DNA of 64,000 nt, taken from the NCBI GenBank assembly GCA_050730875.1, contig JBOHNX010000001.1, positions 13,827-77,826 of the forward strand, given 5' to 3'. Position 1 is the stretch's first letter; every line of letters begins with the position of its first letter. Under the pieces are notes generated by a model, which was not told where the DNA came from, ran no database searches, and worked only from the letters and a program-made list of their open reading frames with translations. Position numbers and translations under genes: made by a program. Source of the stretch: Candidatus Saccharimonadales bacterium. Lineage in GTDB: Bacteria; Patescibacteriota; Saccharimonadia; Saccharimonadales; EFPC-124. Below are positions 39,141 through 49,352 of this stretch, piece after piece.

Positions 39141-40913
39141 ATGGCCAAGAAGACGATTATGGTCGGAAACATGATTACCGTCGGGGAACTGGCGGCGCAG
39201 CTTGATATACCTGCGCCAAAATTGATTGGCGAGCTGTTTAAAAACGGCATTGCCGCAACAGTAAACCAGCGTATCGATATAGAAACCGCACAAATCATCG
39301 TAGATGAGCTTGGTTTAGATATCGAACTGCAGGTGAAAGAACAAGAAGAGATTGCTGCGCCAGCGCGTAGTAACGAACGATCCAAGAGCGAAAAAGCTCA
39401 GACACGTCCGCCAATTGTAGCGGTCATGGGGCATGTCGACCACGGTAAAACGAGCCTTCTCGACGCCATCTTAGCTATGAAAGTGGCGACCGGCGAAGCG
39501 GGCGGTATCACCCAACACATTTCAGCTTACCAAACCGAATATAATGGCCGTAAAATCACACTGCTCGACACGCCTGGCCACGAGGCCTTTAGTGCCTTGC
39601 GCCAGCACGGCGCAGCTTTAACAGACGTAGTAATCATCGTGGTTGCTGCCGACGATGGCGTGAAACCGCAAACCGTCGAAGCTATTAAATTCGCGCAGCA
39701 AGCAAATGCGCGCATTATCGTGGCTATAAACAAGATCGATAAGCCAGAAGCCGATGTGAACCGCGTCAAACAGCAGCTGGCGACCGACCACAACCTTATG
39801 CCAGAAGAGTGGGGCGGCGATACAGTAATGGTTGAGGTTTCCGCCAAAACCAAGCAGGGTATCGAGAAGCTGCTCGAGTTAGTGCTGCTAGTATCCGATA
39901 TTGAAGAGCTAAAAGCCGAAGTAGAAGGGCCGGTAGAGGGCCTGGTTATTGAGGCGCACATGGTCCAAGGACGCGGCGCGGTTGTAAGACTACTTGTCGA
40001 GCACGGTATAGTGCGCCCAGGCAGCTTTATTGTTGCCGGCGGCACCTATGCTAAAGTGCGTACTCTGGAAGATTTTACAGGTAAGACGCTCAAAGAAGCC
40101 GGCCCATCTACACCAGCTACGACCACAGGCTTTAAAGCACTTCCTGAATTTGGCGATAGGTTCGTAGCTGTCGCGAATGAAAAAGACGCACGCCGAGCAG
40201 CTGAAGCAAATAAAGCAGGCGAGCAGCAGGATGTTAAAACGGCGACCGTATCGAGCGCCGACTTGCTCAATTTGATGAAGCGCCGCAAAGAAAAACAGTT
40301 TGTTAACGTGATCGTAAAAGCTGATGTGCAAGGTTCACTCACCTCTGTTTCGGACAGTTTACGCTTGCTCGAAAACGATGAGCTCGCCCTCCGCGTTATA
40401 AGTTCTGGCGTCGGTAATATTTCGGAAAACGACGTGCGCATGGCGGCTGGCTCTGACGCAATTATTTATGGTTTTAGCGTAGAGCTTTCTCAAGCAGTTA
40501 AGAAGCTTGCGCAACGAGAGAAAGTGAATGTGCGCATCTTCCGCATTATTTACGAACTTATCGACGATGCGAAGGCTACACTTGAAGCTCTCTTAACCCC
40601 AGATGTAGTTGAAACGGAAATCGGCAAACTTGTAGTTAAGGGCGTATTTCGCGTTACGAAAGAAGAAGTTATCTGTGGTGGCGAGGTAACTAAAGGCAAG
40701 ATCGAAGCTGGCCTTCTGGCGCGTGTAAAACGTGGCGACGAGCAAATAGCCGAAGTAGAAGTAACTACCGTACAACGCCAACAGCAAGAGGCTAAAGAAG
40801 TGTTCGAAGGCGAAATGTGCGGCCTCCAGCTTAAAACAAAAGGCCGCGTCAATGTAGAAGAAGGCGACCGCTTAGAATTCTTCCGTCGCGAACTCGTGAA
40901 GCGGACGCTATAG
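39141..40913 (+). CDS. infB: Translation initiation factor IF-2
   Basis: The ATG at 39141 lies 9 nt after AAGGAG; the ORF track starts at the GTG at 39135. G-domain motifs are [14 protein letters not shown] and NKID. Confidence 0.95.
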   Translation: MAKKTIMVGNMITVGELAAQLDIPAPKLIGELFKNGIAATVNQRIDIETAQIIVDELGLDIELQVKEQEEIAAPARSNERSKSEKAQTRPPIVAVMGHVDHGKTSLLDAILAMKVATGEAGGITQHISAYQTEYNGRKITLLDTPGHEAFSALRQHGAALTDVVIIVVAADDGVKPQTVEAIKFAQQANARIIVAINKIDKPEADVNRVKQQLATDHNLMPEEWGGDTVMVEVSAKTKQGIEKLLELVLLVSDIEELKAEVEGPVEGLVIEAHMVQGRGAVVRLLVEHGIVRPGSFIVAGGTYAKVRTLEDFTGKTLKEAGPSTPATTTGFKALPEFGDRFVAVANEKDARRAAEANKAGEQQDVKTATVSSADLLNLMKRRKEKQFVNVIVKADVQGSLTSVSDSLRLLENDELALRVISSGVGNISENDVRMAAGSDAIIYGFSVELSQAVKKLAQREKVNVRIFRIIYELIDDAKATLEALLTPDVVETEIGKLVVKGVFRVTKEEVICGGEVTKGKIEAGLLARVKRGDEQIAEVEVTTVQRQQQEAKEVFEGEMCGLQLKTKGRVNVEEGDRLEFFRRELVKRTL

Positions 40914-40931
40914 GCGTTTTGATTTGAATCT

Positions 40932-40965
40932 AAATAGTCCCTGATCAAGCAGGGACTATTTTATT
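40932..40965 (+). terminator. infB terminator
   Basis: AAATAGTCCCTG-ATCAAG-CAGGGACTATTT followed by TATTT. Confidence 0.7.
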
Positions 40966-41076
40966 TACAACAAAGCAATTAACGTTTGTAGTAATTGACT
41001 TAATTCATAAAATATGCTATATTTACCGAAGATAAATCAAAACATAAACACCAATTTTTAACCAACCACGATATTT

Positions 41077-42597
41077 ATGGAAAAAGCATCCAGTCCAAAA
41101 GAAGCGAAAGCAGTAGATCTACAAGAACTCTCGCAAGAGCAGTTGTCTGTAATTGTAGAAAAAGCCGACCAAATTGATACTTCCGAGAGCAAAACTCCTA
41201 CACTAGATAAGCGAAGCATGTTGGGTGAAGAGCTAGGGTTTCCAGCTGCTCACAATCTTTCGAATCAAGAGGTGGACGCCTTTGTTGATAGCGCTCGAAC
41301 CCGTAGCGAAGAGCTTATTCACGAGGCTAAACGATCTGAATTCTCGCACATTGTAGAGGCTGCCGAGAAAGCAAACTCAATAGCCGATTTACGTACGGCA
41401 CTGAGCGAAAAATACGGTTTCCGCAAAATCTACGAGATGAACAATCTAGAGCTCAAGGCGTTCGTAGCAGATGCTCGAAAGAAGCTTAAGGAGCTAGACC
41501 AGCCGGATAAAGCCGGTACTGAACCAAGTGCTGAAGCCCCCGTTACCACTACTGAACCGCAGCCGGTCGACGTGCCACACGAATCCCAATCAGCTGAAGT
41601 CCCAGCTCCAGAGGCGACACCAGCAGGTGAGTCGCGTACTTCTGGCGTTCATATCGGCGAAGAGGTTGTGCAACCCAAAGAACCAGTTGCTACTGAAGCT
41701 CCTACACAAGAGATTCCTACACCTAAGCCCGAGGAAGAGGAAAGTAAAAAACCAGAGGCAGAAACCACCCTTCTTGGTGGACGCGAAGCGGCCACATTCA
41801 CTGTGGATGAGGTTGAGGACCTTCTTGATCTGCGAGAAACCGTTGAGGCTAGGGTAGCGGCGCAAAAGGAAAGGCTAGCTTCCCAGCTTAGGGAATCGGG
41901 CGAATCAGGTGTCGACGAAGAGTACTTACGAGAACGAGCTGTAAGCAAAATTATTCGGAAGAGCTCCGGTGATAAAAAGGTGCTGTTGGAAGCGCTCAAA
42001 TTGAGTACAGATGCCTTCAACAAGCTATTCGAGAGTCAGCTAAAGAAACTTGGCCGTTTGCCACTTACACCTGAAGAGGCTAAGAAGCGCGAGCCAGCCG
42101 ACTACAACATTGAAGAGGTGTGGGATATTGTCGATTTTCGCAAGGAAGTGGAAGCAGAGTTGCAAAAAAAGAAGACAAGGGAAGAGCTAGGACGTAGGAT
42201 TGAAGCTGAGCGCCGGCAAACGTTCGCAAGGAACGTTCCGGGTCTTGGCCTTGAAGAACAAATTCGTCATGCTGCGCAACAGAAATTGCGCGAAGAAATA
42301 GTGAAGCGCCTGAAGGATAGCCTCGATCCAGCTGACGCTACGAATCTGAATTTGGACCACTGGGCAATGGCGAGCGACGAAGAGTTTAGCAAAGCTTTCA
42401 CTGATCAGCTGAAGATGATCAAAGAAACACGCGAAGAAATCGAAAAAGAGGCTCAACAAGCAGAAAAAGAAAAAGCCGAACGAAAAGAAGAGCGTAAGAA
42501 GCGATGGGCACGTCGTTTTGGTCTCTTTGCACTCAGTAACCTCAAGTGGGATAAAAAGTCTGGCACCTACCTTATGCGCGATAACCTGCTAAAATAG
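41077..42597 (+). CDS. Glu/Lys-rich repeat protein, unknown function
   Basis: 506-aa ORF. It has two pairs of internal repeats, a central P/E/T-rich linker and a basic-hydrophobic C-terminus (RKKRWARRFGLFALSNLKW). Confidence 0.6.
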   Translation: MEKASSPKEAKAVDLQELSQEQLSVIVEKADQIDTSESKTPTLDKRSMLGEELGFPAAHNLSNQEVDAFVDSARTRSEELIHEAKRSEFSHIVEAAEKANSIADLRTALSEKYGFRKIYEMNNLELKAFVADARKKLKELDQPDKAGTEPSAEAPVTTTEPQPVDVPHESQSAEVPAPEATPAGESRTSGVHIGEEVVQPKEPVATEAPTQEIPTPKPEEEESKKPEAETTLLGGREAATFTVDEVEDLLDLRETVEARVAAQKERLASQLRESGESGVDEEYLRERAVSKIIRKSSGDKKVLLEALKLSTDAFNKLFESQLKKLGRLPLTPEEAKKREPADYNIEEVWDIVDFRKEVEAELQKKKTREELGRRIEAERRQTFARNVPGLGLEEQIRHAAQQKLREEIVKRLKDSLDPADATNLNLDHWAMASDEEFSKAFTDQLKMIKETREEIEKEAQQAEKEKAERKEERKKRWARRFGLFALSNLKWDKKSGTYLMRDNLLK

Positions 42598-42618
42598 AAG
42601 AGTTAAAAGCGAGGTTGT

Positions 42619-42930
42619 ATGTTTCAGCTGAATGACGATTTTTTGAAAGATATTGGTTTGGGCAATTTACCAGAGGAAGAGAAAAAGGCTTTTTTGCAAC
42701 ACTTTTATGAGGAGCTTGAGCTGCGCGTTGGTACGCAGCTTTCCGAAGGTATGAGTGACGACCAGCTCAAGGAATTTGAAAAGCTCATTGATGCAAACGA
42801 TGAAGCCGGTGCGCTCAAATGGTTAGAGACGAACAGGCCAAACTACAAAGAAGTTGTGGCCCAAGAACTCGAAAAATTGAAGCAAGAAGTAATCAGCGGT
42901 CGCGAGAAAATTCTCGGCGAAGCTGCCTAA
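42619..42930 (+). CDS. Small acidic helical protein, unknown function
   Basis: 103-aa ORF with AGGT upstream. I recognise no motif. Confidence 0.55.
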   Translation: MFQLNDDFLKDIGLGNLPEEEKKAFLQHFYEELELRVGTQLSEGMSDDQLKEFEKLIDANDEAGALKWLETNRPNYKEVVAQELEKLKQEVISGREKILGEAA

Positions 42931-42944
42931 ATGGGAAACGGCTC

Positions 42945-43850
42945 CTAGCGAGCCGTTTTTTGGTATCCGCGTACAAAATCTGCACCTGTCATGGTACGAC
43001 CGCTCGGTGCAACGAGCTCAAGTATTTCTAAATAGCCTGGGGTGCAAGGTTTAACTAGCGTACCATCTGCTTCGCTGCTTGCTATGCGCGCTTTAGTGAC
43101 GATAACGTCGTGGCCGAATAGTGTCGTTCGACTCTTGGGCCACCCGTAATAGGCACGTATCTCCCGTTCTAGTTGAACGGCTGGTTTCTGCCAATCGATA
43201 ATGCCGTCTGCTTTACTAATCTGCGATGTGTACGTGGCGTCAGCCTCATTCTGAGCAACTGATTTTGCGCTGCCGTCTAGAACGTTCGGCAAGCATTCAA
43301 GTAGAAGCTTGCCGCCCAGTGCAAGTAAGCGCTCGGTGAGTTCGTATTTGCTTTCGTCGTCGTGTAAGGCAAGTTTTTCTTGAGCGTAAATTGGTCCGGC
43401 GTCCATTGCCCTTACTATCTTCATTATTGAAACACCAGTCTTCTGGGCGCCATCTAAAATGGCTTGTTCTATGGGGGTAGAGCCGCGGTAGGCGGGGAGT
43501 AACGAGGGGTGAATGTTGAGGATACCGCGCGGGAATAAATCGATTATAGATTGCGGAATAATTTTGCCATAAGCAACCAATACGCCGACGGTTGGGTTAT
43601 AGTTTGCAAGCTCGTCGTGGATATCTGAGAGCTTGGCGGGAAGGAGGACAGGGATGTTATGCTTTTTTGCAACTGCTTCTATTTCGAGTGTGCGTGCTTT
43701 GCGCGATGTGCCGACCTCGTAGTTAGCGACTACAGCGATGACATTATAGCCCTCGGCAATGAGAGCTTGAAGCGTCGGCGCACCTTGAGGCGTAAACCCT
43801 GTGCTAAGACGCTCGTTGCCAAAGAAGATGATTCTTGAGGATTTTGTCAT
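42945..43850 (-). CDS. fmt: Methionyl-tRNA formyltransferase
   Basis: Contains IIFFGNERLS...GILNIHPSLLPAYRGSTPIEQAI. Confidence 0.9.
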   Translation of the reverse strand: MTKSSRIIFFGNERLSTGFTPQGAPTLQALIAEGYNVIAVVANYEVGTSRKARTLEIEAVAKKHNIPVLLPAKLSDIHDELANYNPTVGVLVAYGKIIPQSIIDLFPRGILNIHPSLLPAYRGSTPIEQAILDGAQKTGVSIMKIVRAMDAGPIYAQEKLALHDDESKYELTERLLALGGKLLLECLPNVLDGSAKSVAQNEADATYTSQISKADGIIDWQKPAVQLEREIRAYYGWPKSRTTLFGHDVIVTKARIASSEADGTLVKPCTPGYLEILELVAPSGRTMTGADFVRGYQKTAR

Positions 43851-44385
43851 GAGAAACCTTTACGAGTTTACCGTCGTCTGTGAGTGTAAAGAATGCGTCA
43901 CTATCTTTAATGTGATCGATGAACACGACGCCGTTGGTGTGATCGATTTCGTGCTGAAGCACACGCGCCAAAAAACCTTCGGCTTTCATGCGAAGTTCAT
44001 GCCCATTTTCGTCTAGGGCTTTAATGCGTACTTTGCTGTGGCGGGGAACAAGGCCGTAGACGTCGGGCACACTCAGGCAGCCTTCGTGATCGTAGATGAT
44101 TTCGCCCTCTTTTTTTACAATTTCTGGGTTTATGAGGGTGGTAAAGGTGCGGTCATCCTTATTTTCGAAGTCGTTACGAATAATAACCACCCGCTCTAGG
44201 CGGTCAACCTGTACGGCGGCCAGCGCGACACCGAGCTCGTGTGGCCGATTATCTTCCCAATCAAGCGTTGCTGTCTCCATGTCGTGGATAAGCTTCTTAA
44301 CGTTGTCGGTCATAACGTGGACGCGCTGTGATTTTTGCCGCAAATGCGGATTTGGTAATGTAATAATATTTTTTCGGGTCATCAT
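43804..44385 (-). CDS. def: Peptide deformylase
   Basis: Motifs GVALAAVQV, EGCLSVP and HEIDH are present. The 3' end overlaps fmt by 47 nt. Confidence 0.9.
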   Translation of the reverse strand: MMTRKNIITLPNPHLRQKSQRVHVMTDNVKKLIHDMETATLDWEDNRPHELGVALAAVQVDRLERVVIIRNDFENKDDRTFTTLINPEIVKKEGEIIYDHEGCLSVPDVYGLVPRHSKVRIKALDENGHELRMKAEGFLARVLQHEIDHTNGVVFIDHIKDSDAFFTLTDDGKLVKVSHDKILKNHLLWQRAS

Positions 44386-44438
44386 TGGTATAAACTATAC
44401 GCGAAATTTCGTATGTTTAACAGATCAAAAATACGGTT

Positions 44439-46376
44439 TTACAGAAGACTCATGGGATCCAGGTCGGCTTGCCAGCCTTGGGGTGCATCTTTAGCAATAG
44501 CTAGTAAGTCGCTTCGTTGCCTGGACTTAAGAATAAGTTGCCATCGATATGCACCGCCAAGCCGTTCGTGAAAGGCGGGGGTAGGACCAAGCACTTCGAT
44601 GTGAGGGTGGCCTTTGCGTAGTTGCGTGGCAAGTTTTCGGCTAGCCTGCACTGCACCTTTTTCGGTTTTGTAGCTGCAGGTTAACTTAAGCAGGTATCGG
44701 AAGGGCGGAAACCGTTGGGTCTGGCGCTTTTTAAGTTCGGCCTCGTAGAAACGTTGGTAGTCGCGCGCCAGGGCTGCTTGGACAATAGCGTGGTCGGGGT
44801 GATATGTCTGAATGACGACTTGCCCGGCGTGTAATCCACGGCCTGCGCGACCCATAACCTGGTAAAGCAGCTGGAATACGCGCTCCTCGGCGAGGTAGTC
44901 GGGCAGAATTAACCCGCTGTCTGCCTGAATGACTCCCACAGTACTTAGATGAGGCAGGTCGAGTCCTTTGGCAAGCATTTGGGTGCCAATAAGGATATCG
45001 ATGTGCCCGTCGTAAAGTTCTTGGTAACGCGAATGAACAGCTTCGCTGCTATGGGTGTCGGCGTCAAAACGGGCTACATGCGCTTTTGGAAAAAGTTTGA
45101 CTATTTCGCCTTCGATCAGCTTGGTTCCGATACCTTTAAACGTGATTGTTGGTTCGTGGCATTCTGGGCAACTGGGTGGTATGTTTTGCGTTTGGCCACA
45201 TAGGTGGCAGCGGAGTTCGTGCTTGTCTGCATGTAACGTCATAGGTAGATAGCAACTGGAACAGAGAGCCACCCAGCCGCAATGGTCGCACATGGTGGAG
45301 GGAGCAGTACCGCGACGGTTGTGGAATAATAGCACCTGCTCTTTGTTGGCAAGAGCTTGCTCTATCTTTTTAAGTAGTGTGTCGGATAAAAAGCGATGCT
45401 TCTTAAAGTGCTCGCGCTGCTTAAGGTCGACAACTTCAGCCAGGACTTCGTGCGTACGGACAACAGGCTGGGCAAGCCGTAAAATAGGATTTTTGGTGCT
45501 TTTTGCTAGGTAGTAGTCGGCAACGCTTGGTGTGGCGCTGCCAAGGATGACTTTTACTTTGTTGTGCAGCTTCGCTAAGACACTTGCAACGCGCAGGGCA
45601 GAGTAGCGTGGCGCCTGATCTTGTTTATAGCTAGGCTCGTGGCATTCGTCGACAACAATGAGGCCTAAGTTACTGAGCGGCATGAAGAGTGCTGAGCGGG
45701 GGCCAATAACAACAATCGGCTCATCCTTGCTTTGCAGTGCCTTAAGCCATAGAGTGTGACGCTCGGCTTCGGTGAGTCCGGAGTGGGTCACAATAAGGTT
45801 TTGAAAGTGGTGGGCGAATTCAGCCACTAGTTGTGGCGTTAACGCGATTTCTGGTACTAAAATGATGCTCGAACGTCCTTGCCGTGCTTCGTGTTTTGCC
45901 GCTTCAATGTAGACTTGAGTTTTACCTGATCCAGTCGCGCCATGCAGTAAAAACGTACCGGCAGATGACTTATGAGCTATCATTAACGCGCGGCGTTGGT
46001 CTGGACTGAGTACAATTTTTGTTCGTTTTCGAAAGGGGTAATTGCGCTCTTCGGAACGATTTCGGCGCTGTTTGTGGAGGCCGGCAGGCAAAATAGTCTG
46101 CAGAACGGTCGCAAAATGCGTGGCGTAATATTCTGACATCCACTCAGCAAGCTTAATAAGTGGAGGAGGTAAGGGCTGCGGCGTCAAAATATCTTCGACC
46201 GCTTTCGTGGCAAACGTAGGTTTTTTGGTTACAGCAAGCACCACACCGTTTACCTGCTTTTTGCCAATGCTAATTCGCACAAGTGTGCCAATCGCTAATG
46301 GTACCTCGCTATGGTAGGTAAACGCCTGCTCCTTTGCCCTCACTACTGTCGCTGGTGCGATCAGATAAAAATACAT
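44439..46376 (-). CDS. priA: Primosomal protein N' (replication restart helicase)
   Basis: Contains GATGSGKT, DECHE and a Cys-rich Zn-binding insert (CDHCGW...CSSC...CHLCG...CPEC). Confidence 0.9.
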   Translation of the reverse strand: MYFYLIAPATVVRAKEQAFTYHSEVPLAIGTLVRISIGKKQVNGVVLAVTKKPTFATKAVEDILTPQPLPPPLIKLAEWMSEYYATHFATVLQTILPAGLHKQRRNRSEERNYPFRKRTKIVLSPDQRRALMIAHKSSAGTFLLHGATGSGKTQVYIEAAKHEARQGRSSIILVPEIALTPQLVAEFAHHFQNLIVTHSGLTEAERHTLWLKALQSKDEPIVVIGPRSALFMPLSNLGLIVVDECHEPSYKQDQAPRYSALRVASVLAKLHNKVKVILGSATPSVADYYLAKSTKNPILRLAQPVVRTHEVLAEVVDLKQREHFKKHRFLSDTLLKKIEQALANKEQVLLFHNRRGTAPSTMCDHCGWVALCSSCYLPMTLHADKHELRCHLCGQTQNIPPSCPECHEPTITFKGIGTKLIEGEIVKLFPKAHVARFDADTHSSEAVHSRYQELYDGHIDILIGTQMLAKGLDLPHLSTVGVIQADSGLILPDYLAEERVFQLLYQVMGRAGRGLHAGQVVIQTYHPDHAIVQAALARDYQRFYEAELKKRQTQRFPPFRYLLKLTCSYKTEKGAVQASRKLATQLRKGHPHIEVLGPTPAFHERLGGAYRWQLILKSRQRSDLLAIAKDAPQGWQADLDPMSLL

Positions 46377-46456
46377 GGTACGTCCACTATACCTGCTTTA
46401 CTGCATCGTAGCTATTGCTTCTCGCATGGTGCGAAAGTCGTGTAAACTGGAGGTAT

Positions 46457-47110
46457 ATGTACTTCCACTCCCGGACAGAAGCGGGCGAAAAGCTTGCTGA
46501 TCAGCTTGTGCAATATCGGTACGAGAATAGTGTCGTCGTGGCACTTAACGAGGGCTCACTTGCAGTTGGCGAGCCGATTGCTACCCGTCTGCACTGTGCG
46601 TTGTCTTTGTTTTTGACAGAGGAAGTGCAAATTCCCGGCGAGCAAACTGCATTGGGCACGGTGAACCAGGGCGGTGGATTTATATACAACCGGAGTCTTT
46701 CGCCAGGCGAAATTGACGATTATTACAGCGAGTTTCATACGTATATCGAAGACCAAAAACGCGAGAAGTTCGAGAAAATTAATCGGTTGCTCGGTGATGG
46801 AGGAATACTCGACATCAGTCTGTTGCGAGAGCATGTTGTAATATTGGTTGCCGATGGGTTAAAAACAGGTGCTGTGCTTGATGCGACAGCCGAATTTTTA
46901 AAGCCAATCAAAATAAAACGGCTAGTTATTGCTACCCCTGTGGCATCGGTGCAGGCTGTGGACCGTATGCATATTTTGGCCGATGAACTTCATTGTTTAA
47001 GCGTGACTGAAAACTATCTAGCAACAGACCATTATTACGACGCCAACGATGTGCCTACAAGGGAAGAGGCGGTTCAAAAAATCAACAATATCGTCCTGAA
47101 TTGGCAGTAG
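46457..47110 (+). CDS. Phosphoribosyltransferase-family protein
   Basis: The ATG at 46457 follows GGAGG. It has a PRPP-binding-like motif, VVILVADGLKTGAV. Confidence 0.65.
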   Translation: MYFHSRTEAGEKLADQLVQYRYENSVVVALNEGSLAVGEPIATRLHCALSLFLTEEVQIPGEQTALGTVNQGGGFIYNRSLSPGEIDDYYSEFHTYIEDQKREKFEKINRLLGDGGILDISLLREHVVILVADGLKTGAVLDATAEFLKPIKIKRLVIATPVASVQAVDRMHILADELHCLSVTENYLATDHYYDANDVPTREEAVQKINNIVLNWQ

Positions 47111-47189
47111 GCTGGGTTGTTTTTTACCCATGTTTTAGTGTAGAATTATTAGCAACGACCGAATAACGTAAACGAGGTGAACGAGTAGC

Positions 47190-47477
47190 ATGTTGGACGT
47201 CTTCATCACATCGAGGGTGCGCCGAAAAATCATTGTTGTCTATGCTAAGTATCCAGATTTTCGTACGCACGTACGAGGACTTGCGAAGCTCATTAAGGAA
47301 GATCCAGGTAACATTCAGCGCGAACTGAAGCGTCTCGAAAAAGTAGGTTTCCTACATTCGGAAAAGCAGGGTAACACCAAAATCTACTCGACCAATAAGA
47401 ACTTTGCAATCTTTAAAGAACTGCAAGGCATTGTTTTGAAATCGCAAAATGCGAACAAAGCAAAACGCGAAGCTTAG
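47190..47477 (+). CDS. Small winged-helix transcriptional regulator
   Basis: The 95-aa ORF is paralogous to the N-terminus of the protein at 8353 (RVRRKIIVVYAKYPD...GNIQRELKRLEKVGFL). Confidence 0.55.
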   Translation: MLDVFITSRVRRKIIVVYAKYPDFRTHVRGLAKLIKEDPGNIQRELKRLEKVGFLHSEKQGNTKIYSTNKNFAIFKELQGIVLKSQNANKAKREA

Positions 47478-47527
47478 ATTTCCTAGAAGACTCTCAATTC
47501 TACGCTTTTTAAAGTAGAATTGAATGT

Positions 47528-49174
47528 ATGTCAGGGCCCTTGGAACAAATCTTACGTGCACGCGGCTTTAATGATAAGGTTTTGCGTGAGGCATTTTTGG
47601 CGCCATCGTATGAAGCGTTGAATCATGACCCTTTTCTGCTGCCGGATATGGCAAAAGCAGTAGAGCGTTTGCAAAAAGCCCGTGCAGCTAGTGAATTAGT
47701 CTATATTTATGGCGATTACGACATCGATGGTTTAACGGCAACAACCTTGCTACTCGAGGCATTTGCCAGCTTTGGCATAAAGCGCGAAGCATTTATCCCT
47801 AATCGCTTCAAAGATGGCTACGGTTTGAGCAAGGCTGCGATAAAACAGCTTGCTGAGCGCGGCGCTAAGCTAATCGTGACGGTCGACTGTGGCAGTCTTT
47901 CGCACGCGGAAATTACGCTGGCCAATGAATTGGGCATGGATGTTATTGTGACCGACCACCACAGTGTTGCCGAAACTATGCCGTCTGCCGTCGCAACGAT
48001 TAACCCAAAACGGACTGATCACAAATATCCGTTTATCGACCTTGCTGGTGTTGGCGTGGCATTTAAGCTTGTGCAGGCCATGCAACAAAAAATGGAGGGG
48101 CTGGCCAAGGGCCAAGAAAAATGGCTACTCGATCTGGTAGCGCTTGGGACGGTTTGTGACGTAGTACAGCTGATCGATGAAAACCGGGCAAATGTTTTTT
48201 GGGGCCTGAAGGTACTCGCCAAGACCCGTCGACTTGGTATTAAAGCCTTGGCGCAAGTTGTTGGACTATCGATGGACAGACTTACAGCAAGGAGCCTCGG
48301 GTTTGTAGTCGGCCCGCACCTAAACGCCGCCGGTCGGTTAGAAACGGCCGAATTGAGCCTTGAGCTACTGACAACCGAAGATCCATTGCGAGCGGTTGAG
48401 ATTGCATACAAATTACGCGAGATGAATATGGCGCGGCGTACCGAGCAAGATCGTATTTTTAAGGAAGCGCTGCAGCAAGCGGAGACTTTTGCAGATGACC
48501 CAGTATTAGTCCTTTCCGGTGCCGGCTGGTCGCACGGCATTATTGGTATTGTGGCGGCCAAAGTTTTGGAGTCGCTCAAAAAGCCCACGTTTGTATTGGA
48601 GGAAATGGGTGATGAGAGCAAGGGATCAGCGCGCAGCTATGGGGATTTCAGCGCAGTGGAGGCGATTCGGTTTGCTGAGCAGTGGCTTACGAAAGGTGGT
48701 GGCCATAAACTCGCGGCTGGTGTGACGCTCAAAACCGAGCACATCGCGCATTTTCGTGCGGCAGTGAATGAGTTCTACAAATCACAAAAATTTACTGACC
48801 AACTGCGGCATTTAGAACCAATCGCTGACGCGATATTGGAAGACGTAAGCGAACTCGATCACGAATTATTTGCCGCTTTAAGACAATTTGAACCATTCGG
48901 GCACGGAAATCCGGAGCCTGTATTTCATTTGTCTCGTGGCGTGGTAGCAAAACGACAGCAACTGGGTAAGGATGGGTCTCATCTAAAACTAGAAGTACAC
49001 GATGCTAGGGGAAACAAATGGCCGATGATTGGATTTGGAATGGCTACGACCTACACGCATGAAGTTGGTGAAGAAATAGCGGCTTGGTTCAAGCTCATTG
49101 AAAATGAATGGCGGGGCAACGTGTCGCTCGAGGGTCAGCTTATCAAAATCGCTTCATCCCCGGAAACCGAGTAA
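47528..49174 (+). CDS. recJ: Single-stranded-DNA-specific exonuclease RecJ
   Basis: DHH motifs (GDYDIDG, TVDCG, VTDHH) and a DHHA1 region (GGGHKLAAG). The last 4 codons and the stop lie inside the left arm of the palindrome at 49163. Confidence 0.9.
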   Translation: MSGPLEQILRARGFNDKVLREAFLAPSYEALNHDPFLLPDMAKAVERLQKARAASELVYIYGDYDIDGLTATTLLLEAFASFGIKREAFIPNRFKDGYGLSKAAIKQLAERGAKLIVTVDCGSLSHAEITLANELGMDVIVTDHHSVAETMPSAVATINPKRTDHKYPFIDLAGVGVAFKLVQAMQQKMEGLAKGQEKWLLDLVALGTVCDVVQLIDENRANVFWGLKVLAKTRRLGIKALAQVVGLSMDRLTARSLGFVVGPHLNAAGRLETAELSLELLTTEDPLRAVEIAYKLREMNMARRTEQDRIFKEALQQAETFADDPVLVLSGAGWSHGIIGIVAAKVLESLKKPTFVLEEMGDESKGSARSYGDFSAVEAIRFAEQWLTKGGGHKLAAGVTLKTEHIAHFRAAVNEFYKSQKFTDQLRHLEPIADAILEDVSELDHELFAALRQFEPFGHGNPEPVFHLSRGVVAKRQQLGKDGSHLKLEVHDARGNKWPMIGFGMATTYTHEVGEEIAAWFKLIENEWRGNVSLEGQLIKIASSPETE

Positions 49175-49288
49175 GGACGATCTCGAAACCTGTGCCCGCC
49201 ACTCCACATAATTGGCAAGCCCTGAGTGTCGGGGTTTCCAATTATGTTCCGTGGCTACGGGGTTTCGAGATCGTCCTTACTCGGTTTC
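49163..49288. repeat. 126-nt palindromic element with 28-bp perfect arms
   Basis: GAAACCGAGTAAGGACGATCTCGAAACC (49163-90) is the exact reverse complement of 49261-88. The inner stems are GCCAC/GTGGC and ACATAATTGG/CCAATTATGT. Confidence 0.85.
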
Positions 49289-49313
49289 AATCTCGCAGAA
49301 TGTTCAAAAAAAT

Positions 49314-49342
49314 TTGCTTCCTCTCCTCTGTTCTGATAGAAT
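49314..49342 (+). promoter_or_regulatory. rpsU-leader promoter
   Basis: TTGCTT, 17-nt spacer, TAGAAT. The -10 element ends 10 nt before the mini-ORF ATG, so the transcript is nearly leaderless. Confidence 0.55.
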
Positions 49343-49352
49343 AACAACCGAT

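Noticed and set aside
49163-49288. The palindromic elements as integron attC sites, or (for 61858-61973) as a parS centromere.
   Set aside because: There are no RYYYAAC/GTTRRRY core sites at the arm ends, no extrahelical-base pattern and no integrase. There is no TGTTNCACGTGAAACA-like sequence.
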